The notes beneath the pieces are model-generated. The model did not search any database, was not told the origin of the DNA, and saw only the letters and a program-made list of their open reading frames with translations. The position numbers were made by a program, and so were the translations under genes. From Bacteroidota bacterium (lineage in GTDB: Bacteria > Bacteroidota > Bacteroidia > Bacteroidales > UBA12481): a stretch of DNA of 64,000 nucleotides. Positions 48,451-60,128 of the stretch are shown in pieces. The DNA is taken from positions 6,001 to 70,000 of the forward strand of contig JAZDPC010000073.1 in assembly GCA_043797975.1 (NCBI GenBank), written 5' to 3'. Position 1 is the first letter of the stretch. Every line of letters starts with the position of its first letter.

Positions 48451-50946
48451 TTAGTAACTCAAACGCACGAGTGCGATTCCGGTCCCGCCGAACCTCACAT
48501 CCTCATCTTCAAACTTGCTGACGACGTCAATGCCACTCAGGAGTTCCCTGACGAGGTGCCTCAATATTCCGTCTCCTTTGCCATGGAGTATCCGCAGGTC
48601 AGAAGAACCCACCATAATTGCTTCATCTATGAATTCCGTAACCTTCTGCAGGGCTTCGTCCGCCCGAAGTCCCCTGATATCCAGATTGGGCGAAAAATCA
48701 AGCTTTCTCTGATTCAGGTCAAATCCGAACGAAGAGGAAGAGGTGGCATAAGCAGGTTTACCGGTTGCCCGTTCATATTCTTTATTGCTGATCGTTTCAG
48801 CCTGCTCGGCATTAATTGTGGTAATCATTTGTCCCATGGCAACCAGAAGACTGTCGCCCCGAGCCTCAATGATCTCTCCGACTATATCACGATCCCTGAT
48901 TTTAATCTTCTGACCGGGAATCCATACCGGGAATTCAGGCAACGGTTTGACGCTTTCCTGTTCCTGAGGTTTGTCCTTCAGATATTTTTTTGAAATCCTG
49001 TCCTTTTCCTTTCTTGCATCTTCGATCTTAGCTTCGCCCGTTGCAATACTGCTGTTGATGTCCTCTTTAACGTTTTCGCGCATTTTCTCAAGGCTTCCCC
49101 TTATCTCTTTCACCTGGCCCTTATCCGCCTGAGATTCCCTTATCTCCCTGACAGACTGTTCAATTTTCTTATTGATCCCGGCCATCAGGTTATCGGCCTG
49201 CTGTTTGGTTTCGGCCAGTATCTTCTTTCTTTCCTTTTCTGTCTGTTTGAGGATCTCTGAATATTTTTCCAGAATTTCATCAACTTCATTCGATGTCTGC
49301 CTGATCTTTTGGCGCTTATTTTCCCAATACCGCTTATCCCGTGATATCTCCCTTAAATGCTTATCAAACTGCAAATGATTTTTCCCTATTAATCCTGATG
49401 CCTTATCGATAATATCAACCGGCAACCCGATATTCCTGGCAATTTCAAAGGCAAAAGAGCTGCCGGGTTTGCCGGTCTCAAGCTCAAAAAGTGGCTCCAT
49501 CCGTTGCGCGTCGTAACGCATGGCAGCATTTTCCACTCCCTCCGCTGAGGCTGCAAAATGTTTCAGGTTGGTATAGTGAGTGGTAATCATTCCAAATGCT
49601 CCGGAGGTAGTCAGCCTGTCCATGATCGCTTCAGCAATGGCTCCTCCGAGCTGAGGTTCAGTACCCGCTCCGAATTCATCAATCAGGAACAGTGTCCCGA
49701 GAGTTGCATTCCGGAGGAAGTATTTCATGTGCTGCAAGTGCGAGCTATAGGTGCTAAGATCATTCTCAATCGATTGCTCATCACCAATGTCAAGCAGGAA
49801 CAAGTTAAAGATTCCTGATTCAGAGCCCTCTTCCAGCGGTACCAGAAAGCCGGTTTGTACCAGATATTGAATCAGTCCGGTCGCTTTCAGGCAAACGGAT
49901 TTTCCACCGGCATTAGGTCCTGAAATCAATAAGATACGTTGCTTGTCATTCAGGGCGATATCCTGGGGTACCACTTTCCTCTTGTCATGCCTGTAAACCA
50001 GATCGAGTAAAGGATGTCTGGCTTTTATCCAATTGATCACCGGTTCCTCCCGAAGCGACACTTTTCGTCCTTCCCAAAGTAATGAAAGCTTTGCCTTAGC
50101 CCTTGTCAGGTCAAGAAAGCCGATCAAATCGTTCCAACTTGCGATATCGCCGAAGTACGGCCGGAGTGTTTCAGTCAGCTTGATTAAGATTCTGATGATT
50201 TCCCTCTGCTCGGCCAACTCGAGTTCCCTGAGAGCGTTGTTCAGTTCAACAAGTTCGATAGGTTCAATAAATGCTGTTTTTCCGGTAGCCGACTCATCGT
50301 GAACGAAGCCCTTGATTTTCCGCTTATTGGCAACCGGAACAGGAATAACAAGTCTTCCGTCGCGTACAGATGCCTGTGTTTCCTTATCAATCCATCCTTC
50401 ATTCCGGGCCTGTTGGATTACCGTCTCCAGTCGGCGACCTATGCTGGCCTGCATACCGGACAGCTCATGACGTATCCTCTTGAGCTCCGGTGATGCCTGG
50501 TCCCTGACCTGCCCCTGTTTATTGAAAACCTGATCAACTTTTTCCTGAATTAAAGGGGAAATGCTGATTGGCTTTACTTTGTCACGGATACATGGAAGAA
50601 GCGACTCGGGTTTCTTTTCAAAAAACAGGTTTATTTGCCTGGCCGATAAAAGCAAACGCCTTAGATCAATCCATTCCGGCACTTCAAGAAATGAACCTGG
50701 TATCATTCCTTTTTTTAATGATTCTCTTACATCAACCGGTGCCAGTTCGGGAAAATCAGGATAATGCTGGAGTATATCGGCAAACTCATCGGTTTCATTT
50801 AATCTGTCACTGACAACCGAATAATCGGATGACGAATGCATGGATACAGCAAGTTCCTTGCCGATTGGTGTAACACAGAGGTCAATAACTCTCTGACGAA
50901 CCTGCGTGAAGCCAATCTTTTCTTCGAAGTTATCGGGATAAACCAA
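48451..50946 (-). CDS. mutS2: Endonuclease MutS2 (with Smr domain)
   Basis: ISGPNAGGKS, DIGDEQSIENDLSTYSSH, DEFGAGTEP, TTHY; C-terminal LDIRG..ILHGKGDG Smr domain. Confidence 0.95.
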   Translation of the reverse strand: MVYPDNFEEKIGFTQVRQRVIDLCVTPIGKELAVSMHSSSDYSVVSDRLNETDEFADILQHYPDFPELAPVDVRESLKKGMIPGSFLEVPEWIDLRRLLLSARQINLFFEKKPESLLPCIRDKVKPISISPLIQEKVDQVFNKQGQVRDQASPELKRIRHELSGMQASIGRRLETVIQQARNEGWIDKETQASVRDGRLVIPVPVANKRKIKGFVHDESATGKTAFIEPIELVELNNALRELELAEQREIIRILIKLTETLRPYFGDIASWNDLIGFLDLTRAKAKLSLLWEGRKVSLREEPVINWIKARHPLLDLVYRHDKRKVVPQDIALNDKQRILLISGPNAGGKSVCLKATGLIQYLVQTGFLVPLEEGSESGIFNLFLLDIGDEQSIENDLSTYSSHLQHMKYFLRNATLGTLFLIDEFGAGTEPQLGGAIAEAIMDRLTTSGAFGMITTHYTNLKHFAASAEGVENAAMRYDAQRMEPLFELETGKPGSSFAFEIARNIGLPVDIIDKASGLIGKNHLQFDKHLREISRDKRYWENKRQKIRQTSNEVDEILEKYSEILKQTEKERKKILAETKQQADNLMAGINKKIEQSVREIRESQADKGQVKEIRGSLEKMRENVKEDINSSIATGEAKIEDARKEKDRISKKYLKDKPQEQESVKPLPEFPVWIPGQKIKIRDRDIVGEIIEARGDSLLVAMGQMITTINAEQAETISNKEYERATGKPAYATSSSSFGFDLNQRKLDFSPNLDIRGLRADEALQKVTEFIDEAIMVGSSDLRILHGKGDGILRHLVRELLSGIDVVSKFEDEDVRFGGTGIALVRLSY

Positions 50947-51014
50947 TTTTCTGAACCATTATAATAACGGGTAAAAGTAACAATTCAGCATTTGTCCGGG
51001 ACAATTCATCACTT

Positions 51015-51707
51015 ATGGTTTTCTTTGCAGTCATGAATGCTCCCGATTTTCCGTTTAAACATATTATCTGGGATTGGAATGGAACACTTCTCGATGACAA
51101 GTGGCTGTGCATTGAATCTATCAACCAGGTTCTTGGGAAACGCAGTCTGCCACCAATCGATGAAATGACCTATGATCGGATTTTTGGCTTTCCGGTCCGT
51201 GATTATTACCTAAAAGCAGGATTTGATTTTACAGACGAACCTTATGAGAAACCTGCTCTTGAGTTTATCGAACGGTATGATGAAAGGAAGCACGAGTGTC
51301 TGTTGCAGCCGGGAGCCAGGGAAGTTATCCGTCACCTGCATCAGATGGGTTGTTTTCAATACCTTTTATCAGCCAGTGAAACAGGAGTGCTTACTGAAAT
51401 GATCAGGCTGAAAGGAATTGATCATTACTTTCTCAAGGTTAAAGGACTCGACAATCATTATGCCCATGGGAAAGCTGACCTGGGAATCGAATTACTTGCT
51501 GAAATAAATCCTGAGCCAGGTACCGTTCTTATGATCGGAGATACCTGCCACGACGAGGAAGTTGCCCGAATTATGGGAATACCCTGCATTTTATATGCCG
51601 GAGGCCATTTCACCGCTGAACGGCTGACGTCATGTACCTCCCGGATCATCAACGGCCTGGAGGAGCTGATCAGAGTAGCTTCAGGGCTGAATCCCCTTCA
51701 TGGATAG
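51015..51707 (+). CDS. HAD family hydrolase (phosphoglycolate phosphatase-like)
   Basis: WDWNGTLLD, LSAS, MIGDT.HD. The start may be ATG 51033. Confidence 0.9.
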   Translation: MVFFAVMNAPDFPFKHIIWDWNGTLLDDKWLCIESINQVLGKRSLPPIDEMTYDRIFGFPVRDYYLKAGFDFTDEPYEKPALEFIERYDERKHECLLQPGAREVIRHLHQMGCFQYLLSASETGVLTEMIRLKGIDHYFLKVKGLDNHYAHGKADLGIELLAEINPEPGTVLMIGDTCHDEEVARIMGIPCILYAGGHFTAERLTSCTSRIINGLEELIRVASGLNPLHG

Positions 51708-53816
51708 CTGAATCCTTTTCCTGGGCAGATCCACTTCAACAATCCTGACCTTTACATGCTGGTGAAGCTTTACCACATCGGCCGGATCTGAAACATACTT
51801 GTCGGCAAGCTGGGATACATGAACCAGTCCATCCTGCTTGACACCGACATCGACAAATGCCCCGAACCGGGTAATATTAGTGACGATACCAGGCAGGATC
51901 ATGCCTGGTTTAAGGTCCTCAATCTGATGAACATCCTCTGAGAATTCAAACAGTTTGATCTTACCGCGCGGATCCCTGCCGGGTTTGGCGAGTTCATCTA
52001 GAATATCGGTCAAAGTAGGCATCCCGACTTCCGGAGTCGCATACCGCTCCAGTTTAATTTGTGCCCTCCTGGCCGGATCCTTCTGGAGGTCGCCGATTGT
52101 GCACCCCAAATCGGCTGCCATCCTTTCAACCACGGGATAGCTTTCGGGATGCACGGCACTGTTGTCAAGCGGATGAGAGCCGCCCCGGATACGCAAAAAT
52201 CCGGCAGCCTGCTCGAAAGCTTTCGACCCCAGCCTTGGCACTTTCTTTAATTCCTCGCGACTATGAAAGGGACCGTTTTCAAGTATATATTCAGTCAGAT
52301 TCCTGGCTAAAGCCGGCCCAAGGCCGGAAACATAGGTCAAAAGATGACTGCTCGCCGTATTGACCTGAACTCCGACCCTGTTGACACAACTGATTACGAC
52401 ATTGTCAAGGCTCCCTTGCAGTTTTTTCTGATCCACATCGTGCTGATACTGTCCTACCCCGATGGACTTGGGATCAATCTTGACCAACTCGGCAAGCGGA
52501 TCCATCAGCCTCCTGCCGATGGATACGGAGCCCCTGACGGTTACATCAAATTCCGGGAATTCCTCGCGTGCCACATCCGAAGCTGAATAAATGGAAGCTC
52601 CATTCTCGCTTACCACGTATACCTCGATATCCCTTTCAAACCGGATATAATTCTTGATAAAATACTCGGTTTCGCGGCTTGCTGTTCCGTTACCAATCGC
52701 TATAGCCTCCGTTTTATAGGCATCGGTCAGGGATTTGATCTTCTTGGCAGCTGCCGCCGTTTCCCGTTGCGGCGGATGAGGGAAAATAGTTTCATTATGT
52801 ACCAGATTGCCTTGTTTGTCAAGGCACACAACCTTACAGCCGGTACGGAAACCCGGATCAATTGCAAGGATGCTTTTTTCTCCCAGCGGAGGCATCAGCA
52901 ACAATTGCTCCAGGTTATCGGCAAACACCCTGATTGCCTCATCGTCAGCCCGATCCCTGTATATATTCCTGTATTCGGTCTCTATTGATGGTTCCAGCAA
53001 GCGCTTATAACTGTCTTTTACAGCCACACGCACCTGGGCAGATGAATCACTTCTCCCGGTTACCACCACTCTTTCAACCTGCGCAACCGCTTGATCCTCA
53101 TCGGGTTCGATGCTGACTCTCAGAAAGCCTTCACGCTCTCCGCGAAAAACCGCCATTAACCGATGAGAAGGGCATTTACGGAGGGATTCCCTGAAATCAA
53201 AATAGTCGGCAAACTTGGCTCCTTCTTCTTCTTTTCCGGGAACTGCCCTTGAAATCACGAAAGCCTCCCGGTCAAACATCAGGCGCAGGGAATTTCTGAC
53301 CCGCAGGTCCTCATTGATCCATTCAGCAATGATATCCCTTGCTCCGCCGAGAGCCTGCTCCTCATCCGGAACCTGGTCACTGAGAAAACTGGCGGCCATG
53401 ACCCGGGTGTCTCCCTCACGCTGAACCATGATCATTTTCGCCAACGGTTCGAGTCCCCTTTCCTTAGCCCTGGTACCCCTGGTTTTCTTTTTGGGCTTAT
53501 AGGGCAGGTAGATATCTTCGAGTTCGGTCATCGAACCGGCCAGTTTGATCCTCTCCTCGAGTTCCGGGGTCAGAAGATCCTGCCCCCTAATTGTCTCGAT
53601 GATGGTTTCACGGCGGGCATTCAGCTCCTCAAGCTTGTCGGACTGTTTCCGGATTTCCATCAGAGCCACTTCGTCAAGGCTTCCGGTTTTTTCTTTCCGG
53701 TACCGGCTGATAAATGGTATCGTAGCCCCTTCCTCAAAAAGATGAAGGGTGTTCCTGACCTGCCATTGTTCAATTTTTAAATGGGAGGCAATGCTCTTTA
53801 CATGATTTTCGTTCAT
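51681..53816 (-). CDS. tex: Tex family RNA-binding transcriptional accessory protein
   Basis: GATIPFISRYRKE, IDPGFRTGCK, GASIYSAS, SIGVGQYQHDV, C-terminal S1 domain. Confidence 0.96.
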   Translation of the reverse strand: MNENHVKSIASHLKIEQWQVRNTLHLFEEGATIPFISRYRKEKTGSLDEVALMEIRKQSDKLEELNARRETIIETIRGQDLLTPELEERIKLAGSMTELEDIYLPYKPKKKTRGTRAKERGLEPLAKMIMVQREGDTRVMAASFLSDQVPDEEQALGGARDIIAEWINEDLRVRNSLRLMFDREAFVISRAVPGKEEEGAKFADYFDFRESLRKCPSHRLMAVFRGEREGFLRVSIEPDEDQAVAQVERVVVTGRSDSSAQVRVAVKDSYKRLLEPSIETEYRNIYRDRADDEAIRVFADNLEQLLLMPPLGEKSILAIDPGFRTGCKVVCLDKQGNLVHNETIFPHPPQRETAAAAKKIKSLTDAYKTEAIAIGNGTASRETEYFIKNYIRFERDIEVYVVSENGASIYSASDVAREEFPEFDVTVRGSVSIGRRLMDPLAELVKIDPKSIGVGQYQHDVDQKKLQGSLDNVVISCVNRVGVQVNTASSHLLTYVSGLGPALARNLTEYILENGPFHSREELKKVPRLGSKAFEQAAGFLRIRGGSHPLDNSAVHPESYPVVERMAADLGCTIGDLQKDPARRAQIKLERYATPEVGMPTLTDILDELAKPGRDPRGKIKLFEFSEDVHQIEDLKPGMILPGIVTNITRFGAFVDVGVKQDGLVHVSQLADKYVSDPADVVKLHQHVKVRIVEVDLPRKRIQLSMKGIQP

Positions 53817-53822
53817 AGTTTC

Positions 53823-56003
53823 TTATTCATCCGACCGCCTCACCGAGAGAACCCCTTTTGTCCTCCTGATGCGGTTCATTATTGTTTCAAGATGTGGCCT
53901 GTCCTGCACAATCAAAGTATACGTTCCTTCAAACAAACCCTCTTTCGGGGTAATATTCATAGATCGCATGCTGATCTTCAGATCGGAAGAGATCAGGCGA
54001 CTGATCTCATTGACAACCGACATATCATCCCTTCCGGTAATGACGACGTTAACGGTAAAGGAAGCCTCTGTTGCGTGATGTTCCGACCATCTGACCTTAA
54101 CAACCCTGTATGGATATCTTTCGATCATCTGTGGGGCATTCGGACAATTAATACGATGGACTTTCGTGCCATCCTTTACGGTCACAAATCCGAAGACCTC
54201 ATCGCCAAAAATGGGATTGCAGCATTTAGCCAGCCGGTAATCCACATTGTTGAGCTTATCGTCTATTACCAGGTAATCCTGTTGCCTTGACGATGTTTTT
54301 ACAAAGCCCTCCACAGACTTGACGGCAGTCAGCTTCTCTTTCAGGAGTTCGGCCGGAGCCTTGTCTCTGAGATACTCCCGGATTGCCGCCAGGTCAATCC
54401 GGTCGTCTGCAATCTGTTGATACAATTCAAGCGCATCCTTAAGATTCAGCCAATTTACGATCCGCTGAATCGTTGAAACATCGAATTTGATCCTCCATTG
54501 CCCAAGCTTCCGCTTCAGCATTTCTTTGCCGATATCGGTATCCTGATATTCCGCTTCCTTCAGGTAACGCTTGATTTTAGCCCTGGCTTTCGGAGAGGTC
54601 ACCATGTTCAGCCAGTCGGTCTTTGGCTTTTGCTGTTGGGAGGTCATTACCTCCACCAGATCCCCGTTCATCAGCTTATAGCGGATTGGTACCATGACAC
54701 CGTTTACTCTTGCACCCGTGCAATGGAATCCCACTTCACTGTGAACGGCAAAGGCAAAATCCAGGACTGTAGAACCCACCGTCAGTTTTAAAAGATCCCC
54801 CTTGGGAGTAAAAATAAATATTTGGTGAGTATAAAGTTCCTGCTTCGAATGATAGTCAACTTCATTGGCAGTTATATCCTGTGTTTCAAGGGCATCCCGG
54901 ATTTCAGCCAGCCACTCCGAGCTCTCGGTTTCGCCACTGTTTTCCTTATATCGCCAATGCGCGGCATGTCCCTTTTCAGCAATTTCATCCATGCGGCGGG
55001 TACGGATCTGCACTTCCACCCAGCGGCCTTCAGGACCGATAACGGTAGTATGCAATGATTCATATCCGTTTGCCTTCGGGGAGGAGATCCAGTCACGAAG
55101 GCGGTTGGGATTGGGCTGATAGCTGTCGGTAACGATTGAATACAGCTGCCAGCAATCGGCCTTTTCGTGGGTAGACGGATTGTTCAGGATAATGCGGATA
55201 GCAAAAAGATCGTAAACTTCCTCAAATTCGACGCCCTGCTGAACCATTTTTCTCCAGATGGACGGAATGGATTTTGTTCTTCCCTTGATATCTACGTGAA
55301 AATCATTTTCTTCCAGTCTCTTTTTCAGCGGGCCAACAAAACGCGATATGTACTCATCCCGGTCCGCCCGTGTTTCATCGAGGCGCCGGCTCAGATCAGC
55401 ATATATATCCGGATGGAGATGATTCATGGCAAGATCCTCAAGCTCATTCTTCACCAGGTATAATCCCAGTCTGTGCGCAACAGGCGCATACAGGTCAATG
55501 GCCTCATGGGCAATCTTTTGCCGGCTTGCCGGGTCAAGCTGTCCGGCCAACCGGATTTCAACCAGTTGTTCTCCGGTCTTGATCAGGATCACCCTGACAT
55601 CATGGGAGATTCCCAACAGCAGTTGGATGAATTTATCTGCATGAATCCTGGTCCTGCTGGTATTCAGGCGGTCGATTTTCCGCAATCCGTCCAGAATATC
55701 AGCCAGGGAACCATTGAATTCATCCCTCACCTGTTCCGATTCTATCCACCCTTCTGAATAGGGTTTGATCAGAAAAACCGCAGCCAGGGAGAGGCTTCCC
55801 AAACCCAGTTCATTCAGGACAGCGGTTGACCAGAGTGCGATCTTCGGGCGGATCTTTTCGGCCTGCGATTCAGGCAGGGAAAGAAGGTATTTCTCAAGGA
55901 TCGTCAATGCTTTACCCGGCAGGGTCCAGTTCAGCGGATTACCCGACAAGGCGGTTTCTTTCAGAAGACCGCCTGTAAATTGATTCCATTCAATGGAGTT
56001 CAT
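53823..56003 (-). CDS. Long RelA/SpoT homolog with a degenerate hydrolase domain (RelA-like)
   Basis: Synthetase motifs DLFAIRII, RLRDWIS, NGYESLHTT, EVQIRT; TGS (FTPKG..LDFAFAVHS), AKCCNP and ACT domains. No HD motif. Confidence 0.92.
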   Translation of the reverse strand: MNSIEWNQFTGGLLKETALSGNPLNWTLPGKALTILEKYLLSLPESQAEKIRPKIALWSTAVLNELGLGSLSLAAVFLIKPYSEGWIESEQVRDEFNGSLADILDGLRKIDRLNTSRTRIHADKFIQLLLGISHDVRVILIKTGEQLVEIRLAGQLDPASRQKIAHEAIDLYAPVAHRLGLYLVKNELEDLAMNHLHPDIYADLSRRLDETRADRDEYISRFVGPLKKRLEENDFHVDIKGRTKSIPSIWRKMVQQGVEFEEVYDLFAIRIILNNPSTHEKADCWQLYSIVTDSYQPNPNRLRDWISSPKANGYESLHTTVIGPEGRWVEVQIRTRRMDEIAEKGHAAHWRYKENSGETESSEWLAEIRDALETQDITANEVDYHSKQELYTHQIFIFTPKGDLLKLTVGSTVLDFAFAVHSEVGFHCTGARVNGVMVPIRYKLMNGDLVEVMTSQQQKPKTDWLNMVTSPKARAKIKRYLKEAEYQDTDIGKEMLKRKLGQWRIKFDVSTIQRIVNWLNLKDALELYQQIADDRIDLAAIREYLRDKAPAELLKEKLTAVKSVEGFVKTSSRQQDYLVIDDKLNNVDYRLAKCCNPIFGDEVFGFVTVKDGTKVHRINCPNAPQMIERYPYRVVKVRWSEHHATEASFTVNVVITGRDDMSVVNEISRLISSDLKISMRSMNITPKEGLFEGTYTLIVQDRPHLETIMNRIRRTKGVLSVRRSDE

Positions 56004-56584
56004 TTCGGTTGAGACTCTCGCAGTTTCAAAAAGATTTCGAGCGCAACCCAGGCATCCGTTGCGGCATAACTGAGCTGAGATTCCGTTAGTTCATCCGCCT
56101 CCCAATTCGAAAGCTGCTGCGACTTGGATATCCGGATCCCAAGCACGATGGCAGCCAGTTTTTTGATCCCGAAATTCTCAATGCCATAGTCCTTAACCAT
56201 TTCCTGAAGATCGATAAAGCCTTTAGCCTCATGCGGAAAAATGGTCCGAAGGGTACGGGTATCTTCGTGGATGGCCGCACCGATTTTCAGAATTTTCTCA
56301 TTGGAAAGGAGCTTTCCCAGCCCCGGATGATTACCTGTTTTATTGAGCCTGAACAAAAAAACCTCTTCCCGGGTTGCCAGCTGCAACAGCGAAACCGGGT
56401 TGATCTTTCCTTTCTTGAAGGATGGTTTTGTCTCGGTATCAAATCCAAGAAACTTCTGATATCGAAGACGTTGAACTGCCGCATCGATGGCATTAGGGTG
56501 ATCAATAACATGGACCGTCCCTTCAAAGCAGCTAAGGGGTAAAGCATTCAGCTCATCAGGTTCTATATGGCTTGCAAAGGTCAT
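56000..56584 (-). CDS. DEDDy 3'-5' exonuclease (WRN-exo-like)
   Basis: GFDTETKP, LLQLA, IHED, SNWE, YAATDAW. Likely start 56584 (ORF track gives 56635). Confidence 0.9.
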   Translation of the reverse strand: MTFASHIEPDELNALPLSCFEGTVHVIDHPNAIDAAVQRLRYQKFLGFDTETKPSFKKGKINPVSLLQLATREEVFLFRLNKTGNHPGLGKLLSNEKILKIGAAIHEDTRTLRTIFPHEAKGFIDLQEMVKDYGIENFGIKKLAAIVLGIRISKSQQLSNWEADELTESQLSYAATDAWVALEIFLKLRESQPK

Positions 56585-56618
56585 TTTTATCGCTATTCCA
56601 GGCTCAAATATATCCGTT

Positions 56619-58529
56619 TTATCGCTTATCCTCAATCCTGACTAACATACCTTCATTCCATGCGATCGATCCTGATTCAAACATTTCGTCCAGGACCGCG
56701 GTAATTTTCGCCGGATCTTCTGCAATCCGGCTGTTCAGATCAGACAGGGTAACAGGACCCAGTTGAAGGATTTCATGAATGGATTGGTATATTTTATCGT
56801 GTTCATACTCATTTAGCTTATCCTGATCAGGACTAAGGCAGACATCGCATTGTCTGCACGGGAAAGGATCCTTTTCGCCGAAATACATCAGAAGCATCTG
56901 AGAACGACACCGGTAATCCTCATTGGCATAATGCACCATGGTATCCATCCTCATCCTGACCTGGGCTTCCTGTTCTTCATATTCCTTTCTGCCAAACAGA
57001 AGCGACTTATCATCAAGCCTTTCGGCTGTATAAATGATCTGGGAAGTTCTTTTAGGCTTCAGGTAATATAATATACCCATATTCTGTAAAGAAGAGAGGG
57101 CATTCATGACAGTCTCAGGTGTTGCCTTTGCTTTGGCTGCCAGGTTATATTCATCTATTTTGACAAAATCGGAGAACAATCCCGAATAGACTCTTAACAT
57201 GAGCCTGATAACCGGATCGAAATGATCATTGGCCACCTGAAACTTATAGAGCTCATCACGATCGACCCGGAAATGCACCCTTGCAGGGAGGTCGATATCC
57301 TCCGTTAGTTCAATGTATCCGGCCCGTTCAAGATGTTTTAATGCATGAAAGGCAACCAGGGAATGAAAACTGAATTTGGTGCAGAAATCCATCAGGTCAA
57401 AATCAAAAACACGGTTCTTTCCTGTGCCGGGTATTATCTGGAAATAATTTCCCAGCGCCTGATAAATTCTCCTGATCAGTTCAATGTCGGGGAACCTTAC
57501 CGAATGACTTTTTTCAAGGGATAGTTTGTCAGCAGGCTGATACAGGAGAACGGCATACGCTTTTTTCCCATCCCGGCCGGCGCGGCCTGCCTCCTGAAAA
57601 TAGGCTTCAGGGGAGTCCGGCAGATCAGCGTGTATGACCACGCGGACATCTGGCTTGTCAATCCCCATTCCGAAGGCATTCGTGGCAACCATGATGCGAA
57701 CCTTACCATGTGTCCAGGCATCCTGCTTTTGTTTGCGTTCCCGGGCATCCAGTCCGGCATGATAATACTGTGCGCTGATTCCGTTTGTTTTCAGGAAATC
57801 AGCGATCTCCTGGGTTTTTTTCCGGTTCCTGACATAGATGATCCCGCATCCCGGTTGCTTCAGCAGGATCTTGAGTATATAGGAATATTTGTCTTCTGCT
57901 TTTCTGACCAGATAGATCAGGTTCTTCCGCTCGAATGATTGCCGGATGATGTTTTTCTCGCTAAACTGAAGCTTTTCCTGTATGTCATCCGCCACTTTTG
58001 GAGTAGCAGTCGCTGTAAGTGCCAGAACCGGCACATCGGGAAGCAGGAGCCTGATGCTCGCTATCTCAAGATAAGAGGGCCTGAAATCATAGCCCCACTG
58101 GGATATACAGTGCGACTCATCCACCGCTATCAGGTTGACCTTCATATTCTCAAGCCTTTTTTTAAACAGGTCGGTCGATAACCTTTCTGGCGACAGGTAC
58201 AGGAACTTGAAATCTCCGTAGATGCAATTATCCAAGGCATAATCCAGTTCAAAGGAGCTTAACCCGGAATGTATGGCTACTGCTTTGATGTTCCGGGATT
58301 TCAGGTTCTCAACCTGGTCCTGCATGAGGGATATCAGGGGAGTAATTACCAGGCACAGTCCGTCCCTGGCGATAGCCGGAACCTGGAAGGTAATGGATTT
58401 GCCGCCTCCGGTTGGCATGAGTGCCAGTGTATCACGGTTCTGCATGACAGAACGAATGATCTCTTCCTGCAGGGGTCTGAAAACTGTGTACCCCCAGTAA
58501 TCGTTCAGTATTTTGCGGTAAATCTCCAA
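56619..58529 (-). CDS. recQ: RecQ family ATP-dependent DNA helicase
   Basis: FRPLQ, MPTGGGKS, VDESHCISQWGYDFRPSY, ATNAFGMGIDK, QEAGRAGRDG, Zn-binding CR...C..CDVC. TTG start. Confidence 0.94.
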   Translation of the reverse strand: MEIYRKILNDYWGYTVFRPLQEEIIRSVMQNRDTLALMPTGGGKSITFQVPAIARDGLCLVITPLISLMQDQVENLKSRNIKAVAIHSGLSSFELDYALDNCIYGDFKFLYLSPERLSTDLFKKRLENMKVNLIAVDESHCISQWGYDFRPSYLEIASIRLLLPDVPVLALTATATPKVADDIQEKLQFSEKNIIRQSFERKNLIYLVRKAEDKYSYILKILLKQPGCGIIYVRNRKKTQEIADFLKTNGISAQYYHAGLDARERKQKQDAWTHGKVRIMVATNAFGMGIDKPDVRVVIHADLPDSPEAYFQEAGRAGRDGKKAYAVLLYQPADKLSLEKSHSVRFPDIELIRRIYQALGNYFQIIPGTGKNRVFDFDLMDFCTKFSFHSLVAFHALKHLERAGYIELTEDIDLPARVHFRVDRDELYKFQVANDHFDPVIRLMLRVYSGLFSDFVKIDEYNLAAKAKATPETVMNALSSLQNMGILYYLKPKRTSQIIYTAERLDDKSLLFGRKEYEEQEAQVRMRMDTMVHYANEDYRCRSQMLLMYFGEKDPFPCRQCDVCLSPDQDKLNEYEHDKIYQSIHEILQLGPVTLSDLNSRIAEDPAKITAVLDEMFESGSIAWNEGMLVRIEDKR

Positions 58530-58548
58530 ATCCTTGAGAAATTTGTAA

Positions 58549-60060
<1,512 letters not shown>

Positions 60061-60128
60061 CAACAGATACCAAATAGGCTGCAAAAACGTTTTATAAAGG
60101 TTTTCCTGTTAACAATAATCAAATTCAT

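Noticed and set aside
51681-51707. 27-nt convergent overlap between the HAD hydrolase and tex
   Set aside because: Short tail-to-tail overlaps are common in compact genomes; nothing suggests a function.
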